From Sulfurospirillaceae bacterium (lineage in GTDB: Bacteria > Campylobacterota > Campylobacteria > Campylobacterales > Sulfurospirillaceae): a DNA stretch of 64,000 bases. A program made the position numbers and the translations under genes. Position 1 is the stretch's first letter; each line of letters opens with the position of its first letter. Positions 28,643 through 38,619 of this stretch are shown one piece after another. Where the stretch lies: the NCBI GenBank assembly GCA_033723415.1, contig JAWVXD010000007.1, forward strand, positions 47,091 through 111,090, in the 5' to 3' direction. The notes under the pieces were generated by a model. That model ran no database searches, was not told the DNA's origin, and saw only the letters and a list, made by a program, of their open reading frames with translations.

Positions 28643-30028
28643 CTAATTTCTATCTATTATTTTTTTTGATGCTGCAATTATATCTGAAATATTTATTTTC
28701 ATCCATGATTTATCCATCCATTCTTCCGGTCTTACTTCTATCCCTTGTATCAAGACACCAAAATGAAGATGATCTCCCAATGCCAATCCTGTTGATCCTG
28801 TTTTTGCAACTATTTGATTTGGTTTGATCTTGTCTCCCACATTTACTAAAAATCTTGAACAATGTCCGTACAATGTATAAAGACCTAAACCGTGATATAT
28901 GATCAAATTGTTTCCATATATCCCGTTTGGCTGTGCAAAAACAACTGTTCCACTGTTTTTACTTCTGATATTTGCAAATCTGATACTGGCAAGATCGATA
29001 CCCAAATGGTATGCCTGACTAACTTCTTGTCCATCATAGCTATAAAAACGATGATCTCCAAAACTTGCAACTGCCGCACTGTTTTTAAGTGGATAAAAAG
29101 GGTGTAATTTAAAATTGCTGATCATTGTTGTGTCTGTTGGATCTGTTGCTTTGTCGATATTCTTTTCATTGATACTTCTAAGCTTTTCATTTATTGCTTT
29201 GAATTTTTCTATTTTTGAAGCATTTGACAACTCAGGCATGATCTCTGATATGAGATTGCTTATCTTTCCGTCTAAAAATGAATCTTTTAAAGTAAGTTTT
29301 GATAATTTGTATTTTTTGTCTTGTAAAAATAGTCTTACTCTGCTTTTACTTATATTCCCCGCATCATCAGTTGCAACAACTGTCGCTCTAAAGTTTTTAC
29401 TTTGTACGGGCCATGCAAGTAATGAAATATAATATCCCTTTTTATAAAATGGTGTCGGGTAGAATTTTTTACCAAAATTTGTCTCAATGTACAGGTCTTT
29501 TAAATTTTCATCTGTTGCCTTGAAAACGACTACTGCCGCTCCACCTTCAGTTATTTTGTATGAATTGGCTATAACATATAACTCAGGTCTTTTTCTGTCT
29601 ATTTTTAAATAAACAACTTTTTTTGCCGTATTGCCGGATAAAAAGTTCCATTTACTTGTATCGGTTACTTGTATCATCAATTGAAAATTTTTCTTTGTGC
29701 TAACGAAACCTGTTCTTGGAAATGTAATATCAAGACTTTGCGTTTTAGAAATCTTATTATAAACTTTTTTCATAAGGGAAATTGTATTTTTACCATCGCT
29801 CAAAGTAATTCTGACAAATTTGATACCGCTATCATCGCTCAAATTCAACTTCAAAGGTTTTTGTAAATTCCAATCTATTTTGCTTGCTATATCAATTTTT
29901 GGTGCATTTCTCTCAAACATTGAAGAATTGTATAAATAACCTAATGCACCTATTATGATGATCAATATTACTGCGATTACTATACCCGCTGAACCTCTTC
30001 TTGTAGTAAAAAACTTATTATTTGTCAT
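28643..30028 (-). CDS. M23 family (LytM-type) metallopeptidase with N-terminal membrane anchor
   Basis: TM helix GIVIAVILIIIIGALGYL. Zinc motifs HLGIDLA (HxxxD) and GDHLHFGV (HxH) lie near the C-terminus. 461 aa. Confidence 0.88.
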   Translation of the reverse strand: MTNNKFFTTRRGSAGIVIAVILIIIIGALGYLYNSSMFERNAPKIDIASKIDWNLQKPLKLNLSDDSGIKFVRITLSDGKNTISLMKKVYNKISKTQSLDITFPRTGFVSTKKNFQLMIQVTDTSKWNFLSGNTAKKVVYLKIDRKRPELYVIANSYKITEGGAAVVVFKATDENLKDLYIETNFGKKFYPTPFYKKGYYISLLAWPVQSKNFRATVVATDDAGNISKSRVRLFLQDKKYKLSKLTLKDSFLDGKISNLISEIMPELSNASKIEKFKAINEKLRSINEKNIDKATDPTDTTMISNFKLHPFYPLKNSAAVASFGDHRFYSYDGQEVSQAYHLGIDLASIRFANIRSKNSGTVVFAQPNGIYGNNLIIYHGLGLYTLYGHCSRFLVNVGDKIKPNQIVAKTGSTGLALGDHLHFGVLIQGIEVRPEEWMDKSWMKINISDIIAASKKIIDRN

Positions 30029-30962
30029 ATTCCATAATCCTTTTTAATATCATAGCTTTTAAGTCTAAAAAACTATCATCTTTGTTTTCAAATCCAGCCG
30101 AATTCTTATGTCCTCCACCGCCAAATTTCGTAGCAACAGCAGAAATGTCAACATTTTCTTTGCTTCTCATTGAAACTTTAAATCCGCCATGTTTTTCTTC
30201 CAAGACCATGACCGCAACTTTAACAGTTGCCATATCCCTTAATATATTTATTATATTTTTTGTATCGTATCTTCTCGCACCGGTTTGTGCTAATACCTCT
30301 TTATCTATATAAATAAACGCAATTTGTGCATCAAAATGCAATTCAAAATTGTTCAAAATATATGCCAGCAATCTTACTTTTGCCAGTGACTGCCTACTTT
30401 TTAAAGAACCGGCTATAAAAGATGCACTAGCTCCTAAACTGACTAGTTTAGATGCAGCATCAAAGGTAAATTCATTTAGATTACCGTACGAAAAGAAACC
30501 TGTATCTTCAGCCATTGCCGTATAAAGGCAAGTTGCGCAATCTTTTGATATTTTAATGCCGTTTTTAAGCAATAAATCATAGACAACCAATCCGGCGCTA
30601 GAGTGACTTACGTTGACAAGATTCATGTCTCCAAAGTATTCGCTGGTCTTGTGATGATCTATATTTATCAAAGTATAATCACCCTGATCAATTTTCAATC
30701 TATCAAAACTTCCACAATCACAGCTAACTACTACGTCAAATCTAGCAGGCGGTTTATCTTTTATTTTATTAATGTTAGGCAAAAAATCATAAATCTTAGG
30801 CAACACTTTTGTTGCATTGTATAAAGATACTTTTTTATTTGATCTTTTTAATGCATCATACATAGCTAACACACAGCCTAGCGTGTCACCATCAGGGTTT
30901 ACATGCGATACCAATAAAATATGCTCTGCGTCAATAATAGTCTGCCAGGCTTTTTTATACAT
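30018..30962 (-). CDS. nrnA: DHH/DHHA1 phosphoesterase (NrnA-like)
   Basis: Motifs SHVNPDGDTLG, NIDHH and the DHHA1 block GGGGHKNSAG. 314 aa. Confidence 0.7.
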   Translation of the reverse strand: MYKKAWQTIIDAEHILLVSHVNPDGDTLGCVLAMYDALKRSNKKVSLYNATKVLPKIYDFLPNINKIKDKPPARFDVVVSCDCGSFDRLKIDQGDYTLINIDHHKTSEYFGDMNLVNVSHSSAGLVVYDLLLKNGIKISKDCATCLYTAMAEDTGFFSYGNLNEFTFDAASKLVSLGASASFIAGSLKSRQSLAKVRLLAYILNNFELHFDAQIAFIYIDKEVLAQTGARRYDTKNIINILRDMATVKVAVMVLEEKHGGFKVSMRSKENVDISAVATKFGGGGHKNSAGFENKDDSFLDLKAMILKRIMEYDK

Positions 30963-30988
30963 ATAAACTCCATCCGTAAAAGCTTAAA

Positions 30989-30994
30989 ATTATA
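30989..30994 (-). promoter_or_regulatory. -10 hexamer TATAAT for the nrnA-to-ribD strand block
   Basis: A consensus hexamer 26 nt upstream of the nrnA ATG, with GGATGGAG between. There is no TG extension. Confidence 0.3.
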
Positions 30995-31048
30995 CTTAAT
31001 TCTTCATAAAAAGTTATTTAAAAACATCCTGACAAACATTTAATTACA

Positions 31049-31057
31049 TGATATAAT
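31049..31057 (+). promoter_or_regulatory. extended -10 box TGATATAAT for the response regulator / kinase (and possibly ttr) unit
   Basis: An exact TGnTATAAT 26 nt upstream of the ATG at 31084. A GTGGAG Shine-Dalgarno is present. Confidence 0.4.
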
Positions 31058-31083
31058 TACTGCACTTAGTTCGTGGAGTAAAA

Positions 31084-31773
31084 ATGGAAAATTGCAATGC
31101 TTTAGATATCTTATCTGACAAAAAAGTACTATACGCAGAAGATGAAGAAGGAATCCGCAGAAATGTTACAGAAGTACTGGAACTGTTTTTCCAAAAAGTA
31201 ATAGCCGTAAATGACGGTAAAGAAGCACTGGATGAGATGGTTTTAAATAGTTATGATATTTTAATATTTGATATTTGTATGCCGAATATGGACGGTTTAG
31301 AAGCTATTAAAAAAGTTAGAAAAAACAACAAAAAAATCCCAATAATAATACTTTCAGCACATACGGAACAAGATTATCTCTGGAGAGCCGTTGAGTTAAA
31401 AATCACAAAATATTTAACGAAACCTTATGATAAAGATACTCTTATTGAAGCACTAAAAGCAGCTGCCCTAGAGTTAATTGACAATAATCTTCAAATCAAA
31501 CTTACAAAAGAGAGCATTTACAATCCATGTACAAAAAGCGTCTTACACAACTCTGTAGATATAAAACTTTCCAAAAGCGAAAGCAGACTGCTGGAATATC
31601 TAATCAAAAGAGCAAATCAAAGCGTTACCTTTGAAGATATATATGATTATATATGGGAATTTGAAATTCCAAGTAAAGAAGCTATCAAATCTATCATCAA
31701 AGAACTACGCAAAAAAATAGGAAAAGAGTGCATAAAAAATATATACGGCATAGGATATATGCTTGAAATATAA
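31084..31773 (+). CDS. OmpR/PhoB-type response regulator
   Basis: Receiver domain (EDEE acidic pocket, ILIFDICMPNMDG phospho-Asp, KP at LTKPY) followed by a C-terminal winged-helix (LSKSESRLLEYL...GIGYML). Confidence 0.88.
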   Translation: MENCNALDILSDKKVLYAEDEEGIRRNVTEVLELFFQKVIAVNDGKEALDEMVLNSYDILIFDICMPNMDGLEAIKKVRKNNKKIPIIILSAHTEQDYLWRAVELKITKYLTKPYDKDTLIEALKAAALELIDNNLQIKLTKESIYNPCTKSVLHNSVDIKLSKSESRLLEYLIKRANQSVTFEDIYDYIWEFEIPSKEAIKSIIKELRKKIGKECIKNIYGIGYMLEI

Positions 31774-33493
31774 AAATAATTTAAAGTTTTTTTCGGTCAA
31801 AACAAAAACCATAGTACTGGTATTGGCTATCTATTTCATCCTTTCGGCGATATTCTTTTTCATAAGATATCTAGACATAAAAGATTTTGCCATCTCCAAT
31901 CAAAATGCAGAACTTAAAAGAGTTACTCAGGTTTATCAAGAGACTCTTGATAGAACAAAAAAATTCTATACTACCAGAGGATATGCTAATATAAACTCTT
32001 TTGGAATCAAAGAAGCATTTGAAAAAAAAGATGTTATTTCTCTACATAAACTTAGTCTTCCTAGATGGAACATCATAAACAAAGAGAATCCATATCTAAA
32101 GTCATTTTGTTTTTATGACAAAGATGGAAACCTTCTAACATATTTTGGTAAAGAACCTGAGCACAAACTGCCATATACCAAAAGCTTTCCGAAGCCTTAT
32201 GACGGTTTTTGGTACAATAATAATACTTTTAATTATCATACGGTCTCAGAAGCTAGAGATAAAGATTCAAAAATCACAGGTTATGTTGTATTTGTTATAG
32301 ATCCAAGATATTTTTTATCTGAGATTAGAAAACTTATCAATATTTTTGCTTTTATAACTTATGAAAAACCTAGTCAAAAAGATTTGGTTTTCATGCTTAA
32401 AAATGATAATACTACTAAAGATATCATCAAACATAATAGAATAAAAAGTTCTTCTGAAATAAGAACTAATAACGGGATCTTTTTACCTTATATAATAGAA
32501 GGCAAAGGTATAACCAAACAAAACCACTTTCAAATCATATTTTTACAAGATATTCTACATTGGAAAAAAATTCTGCAAAAGGCTATATTGCAAAGTCTTA
32601 TAGTCATGATCATATTAGTACTCATAACAATCATGATCATAAACTACGGCTTTGAGATCATATTAAAAGAGCTAGATGAATCTAATGAAAAATTACGAAA
32701 AAGTCAAAATGAGCTGGAAGAATTAAACAAAAACCTTCAAATCAAGATAGAAGAAGAGATACAATTGAAGCTTATCAAAGAGAGAGAAGCAAATGAAAAA
32801 GAGAGGATATTGGCTCATCAAAGCAAACTGGCAAGCATGGGAGAGATGATAGGCAATATCGCTCATCAATGGAGACAGCCTTTGACCGAACTCTCCTCCA
32901 TATTGATCAATATGGAATTGCATTTTGAACGAGATAAACTGACAAAAGAAAAATTTCACACAAAGGTGCAAGAGGCAAATGAACAGATAGTATTTATGTC
33001 AAAGACCATAGATGATTTTAGAAACTTTTTTTCTTCAGGCAAGAAAAAAGAGACGACAAAGATATCCACTATCATAAATAAAGTAAACAATCTCATGAAT
33101 GCATCTTTAAAAAATAATAATATAAATTTTAAGATAGAAATAATAGATGATTTTGAAGTCTACTGCTATCCGAACGAGATATCTCAAGCACTTCTAAACA
33201 TAATCAGCAATGCCAAAGATATCATGCTTGAAAATACTATAAACAATGCCAAAATCTCAATTAAGGCATTTACAAAAGGAGAAAAACACATAGTTACCAT
33301 AGAAGACAATGCCGGTGGAATAAAAGTCACTCCTATAGATAAGATTTTTGAACCTTACTTTAGTACAAAACACGCTAAAAGCGGAACCGGTATCGGTCTT
33401 TACATGACAAAGACAATAATCGAAAAAAACAATAACGGCAAAATCGAGATAGCAAACTCACCTACAGGAGCTATTTTTACTATAATTCTCTAA
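31763..33493 (+). CDS. sensor histidine kinase with large periplasmic domain
   Basis: TM1 (IVLVLAIYFILSAIFFFI), a periplasmic region of about 250 aa, TM2 (LIVMIILVLITIMIINYGF), a coiled coil, H-box IAHQWRQPL, N-box NIISNAKD and G-boxes DNAGGI / GTGIGLYM. It overlaps the regulator gene by 11 nt. TTG start. Confidence 0.85.
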   Translation: MKYKNNLKFFSVKTKTIVLVLAIYFILSAIFFFIRYLDIKDFAISNQNAELKRVTQVYQETLDRTKKFYTTRGYANINSFGIKEAFEKKDVISLHKLSLPRWNIINKENPYLKSFCFYDKDGNLLTYFGKEPEHKLPYTKSFPKPYDGFWYNNNTFNYHTVSEARDKDSKITGYVVFVIDPRYFLSEIRKLINIFAFITYEKPSQKDLVFMLKNDNTTKDIIKHNRIKSSSEIRTNNGIFLPYIIEGKGITKQNHFQIIFLQDILHWKKILQKAILQSLIVMIILVLITIMIINYGFEIILKELDESNEKLRKSQNELEELNKNLQIKIEEEIQLKLIKEREANEKERILAHQSKLASMGEMIGNIAHQWRQPLTELSSILINMELHFERDKLTKEKFHTKVQEANEQIVFMSKTIDDFRNFFSSGKKKETTKISTIINKVNNLMNASLKNNNINFKIEIIDDFEVYCYPNEISQALLNIISNAKDIMLENTINNAKISIKAFTKGEKHIVTIEDNAGGIKVTPIDKIFEPYFSTKHAKSGTGIGLYMTKTIIEKNNNGKIEIANSPTGAIFTIIL

Positions 33494-33565
33494 AATCATT
33501 CAAAATCTTCTCCCTATTTCCCCCTTTTGTGTCGTTATACTTCTCTTAAATTAAAAGGAGTAAGT

Positions 33566-34375
33566 ATGGACACTAAAGACAATTCAAGAAGAGGTTTCTT
33601 GAAAAAAGGTCTTGCGTCTACGGCTTTCGCTATGATTGCCGCAACAGGTGCAGAAGCCTTTTCTCTAAAGATCCCTGGGCGTGATGAGAAAGATCCTAAA
33701 CATATAGGTCAAGTAGGAAAACACTTTGTAATGGTTCTAGATTTGCGAAAATGTATAGGCTGTCAAGCTTGTACCTCTGTTTGTAAAGTAGAAAATGAAG
33801 TTCCTCATGACCAGTACAGAACTTTTGTGACCGAAACGGAAATGGGAGAATTCCCCGATGTCAGAAAGGGATTTCTACCACAACTTTGCAATCACTGTAA
33901 CAATCCTGCCTGCGTTCCGGTATGTCCGACAGGGGCTACATTCAAAAGAGAAGACGGTATCGTAGTAGTAGATAACGAGATCTGCTGGGGATGCGGATAT
34001 TGTATCAGTGCTTGTCCTTATGACAAAAGATACTTTAACAAACGAACCAAAACGGCCGACAAATGTAACTTTTGTGCCCAAAGAGTCGATAAAGGCTTGA
34101 TGCCGGCATGTGTCGAAACCTGCGTAGGCGGAGCGAGAGTTTTTGGTGATGCCAATGACAAAAACTCTGATGTACATAAATTGTTAAGTAATTTCTCGAC
34201 CACGGTTTTGAAAGAAGCACAAGGTACAAATCCTCAGACATTCTACATCAATTTGGATTCCAAAATTGAAGAACTCTTTTCAACCACTCAAAGCTTAGAT
34301 GACATCGTAAAAGCAGAAGAGGGATTTAAATTAGAGTGGGCAAAAACTAGAGCGGAGGCACATAATCATGGATAA
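33566..34375 (+). CDS. ttrB: Tat-exported 4Fe-4S subunit of a molybdopterin oxidoreductase (TtrB/PsrB/NrfC-like)
   Basis: I place the start at the ATG at 33566 after AAAGGAG. Twin-arginine signal NSRRGFLKKG. Four Cys clusters: CIGCQACTSVC, CNHCNNPACVPVC, CWGCGYCISAC and CNFCAQRVDKGLMPACVETC. Confidence 0.8.
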   Translation: MDTKDNSRRGFLKKGLASTAFAMIAATGAEAFSLKIPGRDEKDPKHIGQVGKHFVMVLDLRKCIGCQACTSVCKVENEVPHDQYRTFVTETEMGEFPDVRKGFLPQLCNHCNNPACVPVCPTGATFKREDGIVVVDNEICWGCGYCISACPYDKRYFNKRTKTADKCNFCAQRVDKGLMPACVETCVGGARVFGDANDKNSDVHKLLSNFSTTVLKEAQGTNPQTFYINLDSKIEELFSTTQSLDDIVKAEEGFKLEWAKTRAEAHNHG

Positions 34376-35552
34376 TATGCAACATTTTTTAACACTTATT
34401 TCTTCTATAACTATAGAAAAACCTTGGGGTATAGATATACCTAATTATTTTTGGTTTACAGGTAGTTCGGCAGCTGCTTTCATTATATCGAGCTTTGCTC
34501 ATGTATTTGGATGGAAAAAATATAAACCAATAGCCGGAGTCTCTTTACTGATGGCTTTTGTTCTCTTGGTCGCAGCACCGCTGAATCTCATCGATGATCT
34601 AAGACAACCGGGCAGAATTCTAAACTTTTTTATGTACGGTTGGGAAGATTTTCCGACTTCACCTATGAAATGGGGTGTTTTACTACTTATGGCCTATCCG
34701 ATACTGATATTCTTTGAAGCACAGGCGATGTATCGTATCTATTTTGTAAAAAAAGCACAAACAAGTAGCGGTCTATCAAAAGTTTTCAATTCCTTGTTTA
34801 CATTCGGCAATATGGATCTCAGTGAAGAAGCCATAGAAAAAGACCATAAAAAAGGCTTTATCTTAGGCGCGGTCGGTATCCCTTTAGCCTTGGCGGTTCA
34901 CGGATACACCGGATATATCTTAGGTGCCGTACATGCCAATGTCATGTGGCATACACCGCTTATGCCGATCATCTTTTTGGCTTCTGCTATGGTTTCGGGG
35001 ACGGGACTGCTTGTCATCTTGATCCCTCTTTTCCAAAGATTCTTATCTGAACGCAAAAAGGTCGATACAGAAATGGTAGCGACTTTGGCAAAACTTTTAT
35101 CTTGGTTCATAATCTCTGATCTTGTCATGAGATTTTTATGGTTGACTTTTTCTTTGACATTTGCAAATGGAGAAAAATACGCCCTCTACCAATACTTTAG
35201 TTTACACTTTGAAGATACTCTTTGGATCGATTACGTATTATGCCTATTCGTACCGCTGGTCATAGGTTTTACAAAACTTAGGAACATCCCTATCGTCGTC
35301 TATTTTGGCGGTTTGGTCACAGCGATCGGTGTTTGGATTTTTAGGTGGAATACCGTTATCGGCGGACAAGAGATACCTCGCACGACTCCGGGATTTTCAC
35401 ATTACACCCCACCTCTATTTGGACAAGACAGCATCATATCCGTACTTTCAAATTGGGGTATTTTGTTTGCTCTTATTTGTGCCGTGTTATTGGTGTTTCC
35501 TTGGGATGAAGAGATGAAAGATTGTTATGAAGGAGTAGAAAATGCAAGATAG
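34368..35552 (+). CDS. ttrC: NrfD/PsrC-type integral membrane quinol-interacting subunit (TtrC-like)
   Basis: 394 aa with about 9-10 TM helices. It overlaps ttrB by 8 nt and ttrA by 11 nt. Confidence 0.75.
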   Translation: MDNMQHFLTLISSITIEKPWGIDIPNYFWFTGSSAAAFIISSFAHVFGWKKYKPIAGVSLLMAFVLLVAAPLNLIDDLRQPGRILNFFMYGWEDFPTSPMKWGVLLLMAYPILIFFEAQAMYRIYFVKKAQTSSGLSKVFNSLFTFGNMDLSEEAIEKDHKKGFILGAVGIPLALAVHGYTGYILGAVHANVMWHTPLMPIIFLASAMVSGTGLLVILIPLFQRFLSERKKVDTEMVATLAKLLSWFIISDLVMRFLWLTFSLTFANGEKYALYQYFSLHFEDTLWIDYVLCLFVPLVIGFTKLRNIPIVVYFGGLVTAIGVWIFRWNTVIGGQEIPRTTPGFSHYTPPLFGQDSIISVLSNWGILFALICAVLLVFPWDEEMKDCYEGVENAR

Positions 35553-38500
35553 TAGAAGAAAATTTTTATTGGGCTCAGGTGCAATTGTAGCTGCTGCTTC
35601 GGTTGCCGGATACAAAGAAACACTCGGTGCCGTAGCTACGCTTTCAAGCAAAGGTGAAAAAGCCAAAGACAGTATCTATTTTAATTCAGCACCGGCTGAG
35701 TACAGTTTATTAAATAAAAAATTTATGCAAAACCAAGATTTCAAAGTGGTACCTACAACGTGTATCGGCTGTACGACACAATGCGGTGTCAGGATCAAGG
35801 TCGATAAAAAGACGGATAAGGTCGTGAGAGTGTTGGGAAATCCTTACAATCTTCTTTCCACAAATCCTTGGCTTCCTTATCATACGAGCATAAAAGACAG
35901 CTATAAAACACTATCTCAAAGCGGAAATTTTGAAACATTTAGATCCAATGTCTGTGCGAGAGGTAATGCCGTTTTTGATAAAATTTATGCAAAGAACCGT
36001 GTACTTAAACCGCTAAAGCGTGTCGGTAAAAGAGGTGAAAACAGATGGAAAGAGATGGATATAGATGAACTCATCACCGAAATCGTAAACGGTGGAAATC
36101 TTTTTGGCGAAGGTAACGTCAAAGGATTAAAAGACATCAGAGATATCAAGACGCCGATCAATCCAGCCGAGCCCTCTTTTGGACCGAAATCAAATGGACT
36201 GTGCGTTATCGGAACCACACACGAAGGAAGAGCAATACCGTTTATCCATAGATTTATGATGTCATTTGGGAGCATGAATTTCACAGGGCATACTGCAATA
36301 TGTGGACTTTCAATGAGAGCCGGAGAGGCAGCATTTCTAGGTGATTTCAAAAAATACCCGCACTTAAAACCTGATTTTGAAAATACCAGATATCTGCTGA
36401 GTATCGGAACACCTCCCGGACAAGCGGGGAATCCTTTTAAAAGACAAGGCAAACTATTAGCTCATGCAAGAAGCGAGGGTGATATAGAATACACTATCGT
36501 ATCTCCTATGCAAGGGAATAGCGACACGATAGCAGTCGGTGGTAAAAGCAGCTGGATTCCGATAATCCCGGGTACTGATCTGGCTTTTGTCATGGGTCTT
36601 TTACAAATCATTATCAATAACAAACTCTATAATGAAAAATATCTCTCGATTCCATCAGCCAAAGCGATGAAAGCACAAAATGAGCCTTCTTGGACCAATG
36701 CTTCTCATCTGATCATCCAAGACAAAGAAGGCAATGGCAAGATACTAAAGGATAAAAATATTCCTTTCGTTTTGGATGCGAGTGACAATAAGCTTAAATC
36801 TTCAAATGAAGTATTACAAGCTGTTCTTGACTACAAAGGAAGTGTCGAACTTAACGGCAAGACTTACAATGTCAGAACATCATTTAATGAACTTAAAGAG
36901 AATGCAAACGAATTAGCCTTGGATCAATACTCTAAAGAGTGCGGTGTCAGTGTAGAGAAGATGAAAGAAGTTGCCAAAAAATTTACTTCCTTCGGTAGAC
37001 GCGCAAGTGTTGATTGTCATGGCGGTACTATGCATACGACCGGATTTTATACCTCGTATGCAATTATGATGCTTGGAGCTATGATCGGAAACCTCAACTA
37101 TAAAGGCGGTATGAGCAGCGGTGGTGGAGCTTACAAGGATTTTGTAGGCAAACAATACAATCTTTTTGCATACAAAGGAAAAGTAAAAGTTCACGGCGCG
37201 AGGATGGATCGAACCAGAAGACCATATGAAAGTACCAATGAGTACAAAAACAAAGTAGCCAAAGGAGAAAATCCCTATCCGGCCAAAGATACTTGGTATC
37301 CATTTACTAATGCGCTAGAAAGTGAATTTATCACAAATAGCTTCAAAGGTTATCCTTATAAAATGGATGCTTTGATATCATTTAACTCGAACTTTATATA
37401 TGGAACTGCCGGAGGAGAAACACAGATAAAAGAGTTGATCAAGGACCCAAAAAAAGCCGTGCCTCTCTTTATAGCTATCGATCCGTTTATCAATGAATCT
37501 TCTATCTATGCAGATTACATCATCCCAGATTCCGTTATGTACGAAACTTGGGGAGTCGTTCATGCCTGGGCAGCTTATCAGACAAAGATAAATACACTCA
37601 GATTTCCTGCCGTAAAACCAAGACAAGACACATTTAAAAACGGTGAACCTATTGAAATGCTTAGTTTTATCATCGCTTTGGGCAAAAAGATGAACCTTCC
37701 TGGCTTTGGTGAAAAAGCAATCAAAGGAAATGACGGCAAACTTTATCCATTTGACAAGGCGGAGGATTTCTATCTGAGAGCATTTGAGAATATTGCAATG
37801 GACGGCAAACCGGTACCGGATGCCAGTGATGAAGAGATCAAGCTCTCCGGTATTGAACAATTTGTACCTTCACTCAAAAAGATCTGTAAAGAAAACTGGA
37901 GAAAGACTGCATATGTCATGGCAAGAGGCGGCAGATACGAGGATTTTGAAAAAAGTTATGATGGAGAATTTACATCACACAAATATAATAAACCTGTACA
38001 GATATACAATGAGGCATTAGGAACTTCAAAAAATTCTCTTAGCGGTGAATCTTATAGTGGAACAGTTAAGTTTTTCAAACAAAGAAGTGCTGCAGGAGCG
38101 ACATATGAAAAGCTGTTCCCAAAAGCAAAGTTTCCGCTAATAGCATTTTCATATAAATCAAATGTCCTCTCGACTCCAAATACCTCAAGTACTAACTTGA
38201 AAGAGATCAGATATACGACATACGTGGATATAAATCCAAAGACGGCAGAAAAGTTTGGGTTAAAGCATGGTGATTATGTGAAAGTTGCTTCTCATGATGG
38301 AAATACTGAGGGATATTTGAGATTAAGACACGGTGTACATCCTGATACTATAGGTGTAGAGCAAGGTGACGGAAGAAGAGCCGAGGGTGCAATAGACATC
38401 GAGATCAACGGGAAAGTGACTAAAGGTCTGATCTCACGTAAAACAGGTGTTTATTACAATAAACTAGGACTCAGAGATACTAGTCGAAAAGAAGCTATTG

Positions 38501-38568
38501 CAACTGATTTTGCTTGTGGTTCTGCTGCTAGACAAGCGATACCTGTCAGTATAACAAAGCTTAGTTAA
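35542..38568 (+). CDS. ttrA: Tat-exported molybdopterin (bis-MGD) catalytic subunit, tetrathionate reductase TtrA-like
   Basis: 1008 aa with twin-arginine signal DSRRKFLLGSG and N-terminal FeS motif CIGCTTQCGV. The block KRVGKRGENRWKEMDIDELITEIVNGGNLFGEGNVKGLKDI closely resembles what I recall of Salmonella TtrA. The B-C-A gene order is the ttr order, not the psr order. Confidence 0.7.
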   Translation: MQDSRRKFLLGSGAIVAAASVAGYKETLGAVATLSSKGEKAKDSIYFNSAPAEYSLLNKKFMQNQDFKVVPTTCIGCTTQCGVRIKVDKKTDKVVRVLGNPYNLLSTNPWLPYHTSIKDSYKTLSQSGNFETFRSNVCARGNAVFDKIYAKNRVLKPLKRVGKRGENRWKEMDIDELITEIVNGGNLFGEGNVKGLKDIRDIKTPINPAEPSFGPKSNGLCVIGTTHEGRAIPFIHRFMMSFGSMNFTGHTAICGLSMRAGEAAFLGDFKKYPHLKPDFENTRYLLSIGTPPGQAGNPFKRQGKLLAHARSEGDIEYTIVSPMQGNSDTIAVGGKSSWIPIIPGTDLAFVMGLLQIIINNKLYNEKYLSIPSAKAMKAQNEPSWTNASHLIIQDKEGNGKILKDKNIPFVLDASDNKLKSSNEVLQAVLDYKGSVELNGKTYNVRTSFNELKENANELALDQYSKECGVSVEKMKEVAKKFTSFGRRASVDCHGGTMHTTGFYTSYAIMMLGAMIGNLNYKGGMSSGGGAYKDFVGKQYNLFAYKGKVKVHGARMDRTRRPYESTNEYKNKVAKGENPYPAKDTWYPFTNALESEFITNSFKGYPYKMDALISFNSNFIYGTAGGETQIKELIKDPKKAVPLFIAIDPFINESSIYADYIIPDSVMYETWGVVHAWAAYQTKINTLRFPAVKPRQDTFKNGEPIEMLSFIIALGKKMNLPGFGEKAIKGNDGKLYPFDKAEDFYLRAFENIAMDGKPVPDASDEEIKLSGIEQFVPSLKKICKENWRKTAYVMARGGRYEDFEKSYDGEFTSHKYNKPVQIYNEALGTSKNSLSGESYSGTVKFFKQRSAAGATYEKLFPKAKFPLIAFSYKSNVLSTPNTSSTNLKEIRYTTYVDINPKTAEKFGLKHGDYVKVASHDGNTEGYLRLRHGVHPDTIGVEQGDGRRAEGAIDIEINGKVTKGLISRKTGVYYNKLGLRDTSRKEAIATDFACGSAARQAIPVSITKLS

Positions 38569-38577
38569 GTATTGAAT

Positions 38578-38617
38578 AACTAGCATATCAAGGCCTGAGC
38601 TTGATATGCTAGTTTTA
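38578..38617. terminator. bidirectional intrinsic terminator between ttrA and the cytochrome gene
   Basis: A perfect 13-15 bp stem (AACTAGCATATCAAG / CTTGATATGCTAGTT) with a 7-nt loop, followed by TTTT on the plus strand and preceded by an A-rich tract. It sits between convergent genes. Confidence 0.75.
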
Positions 38618-38619
38618 AT

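Noticed and set aside
35542-38568. Possible selenocysteine recoding or a split gene in the molybdopterin subunit.
   Set aside because: The 1008-codon frame is uninterrupted, with no in-frame TGA, and the N-terminal FeS motif and Tat signal are intact. Nothing suggests recoding.
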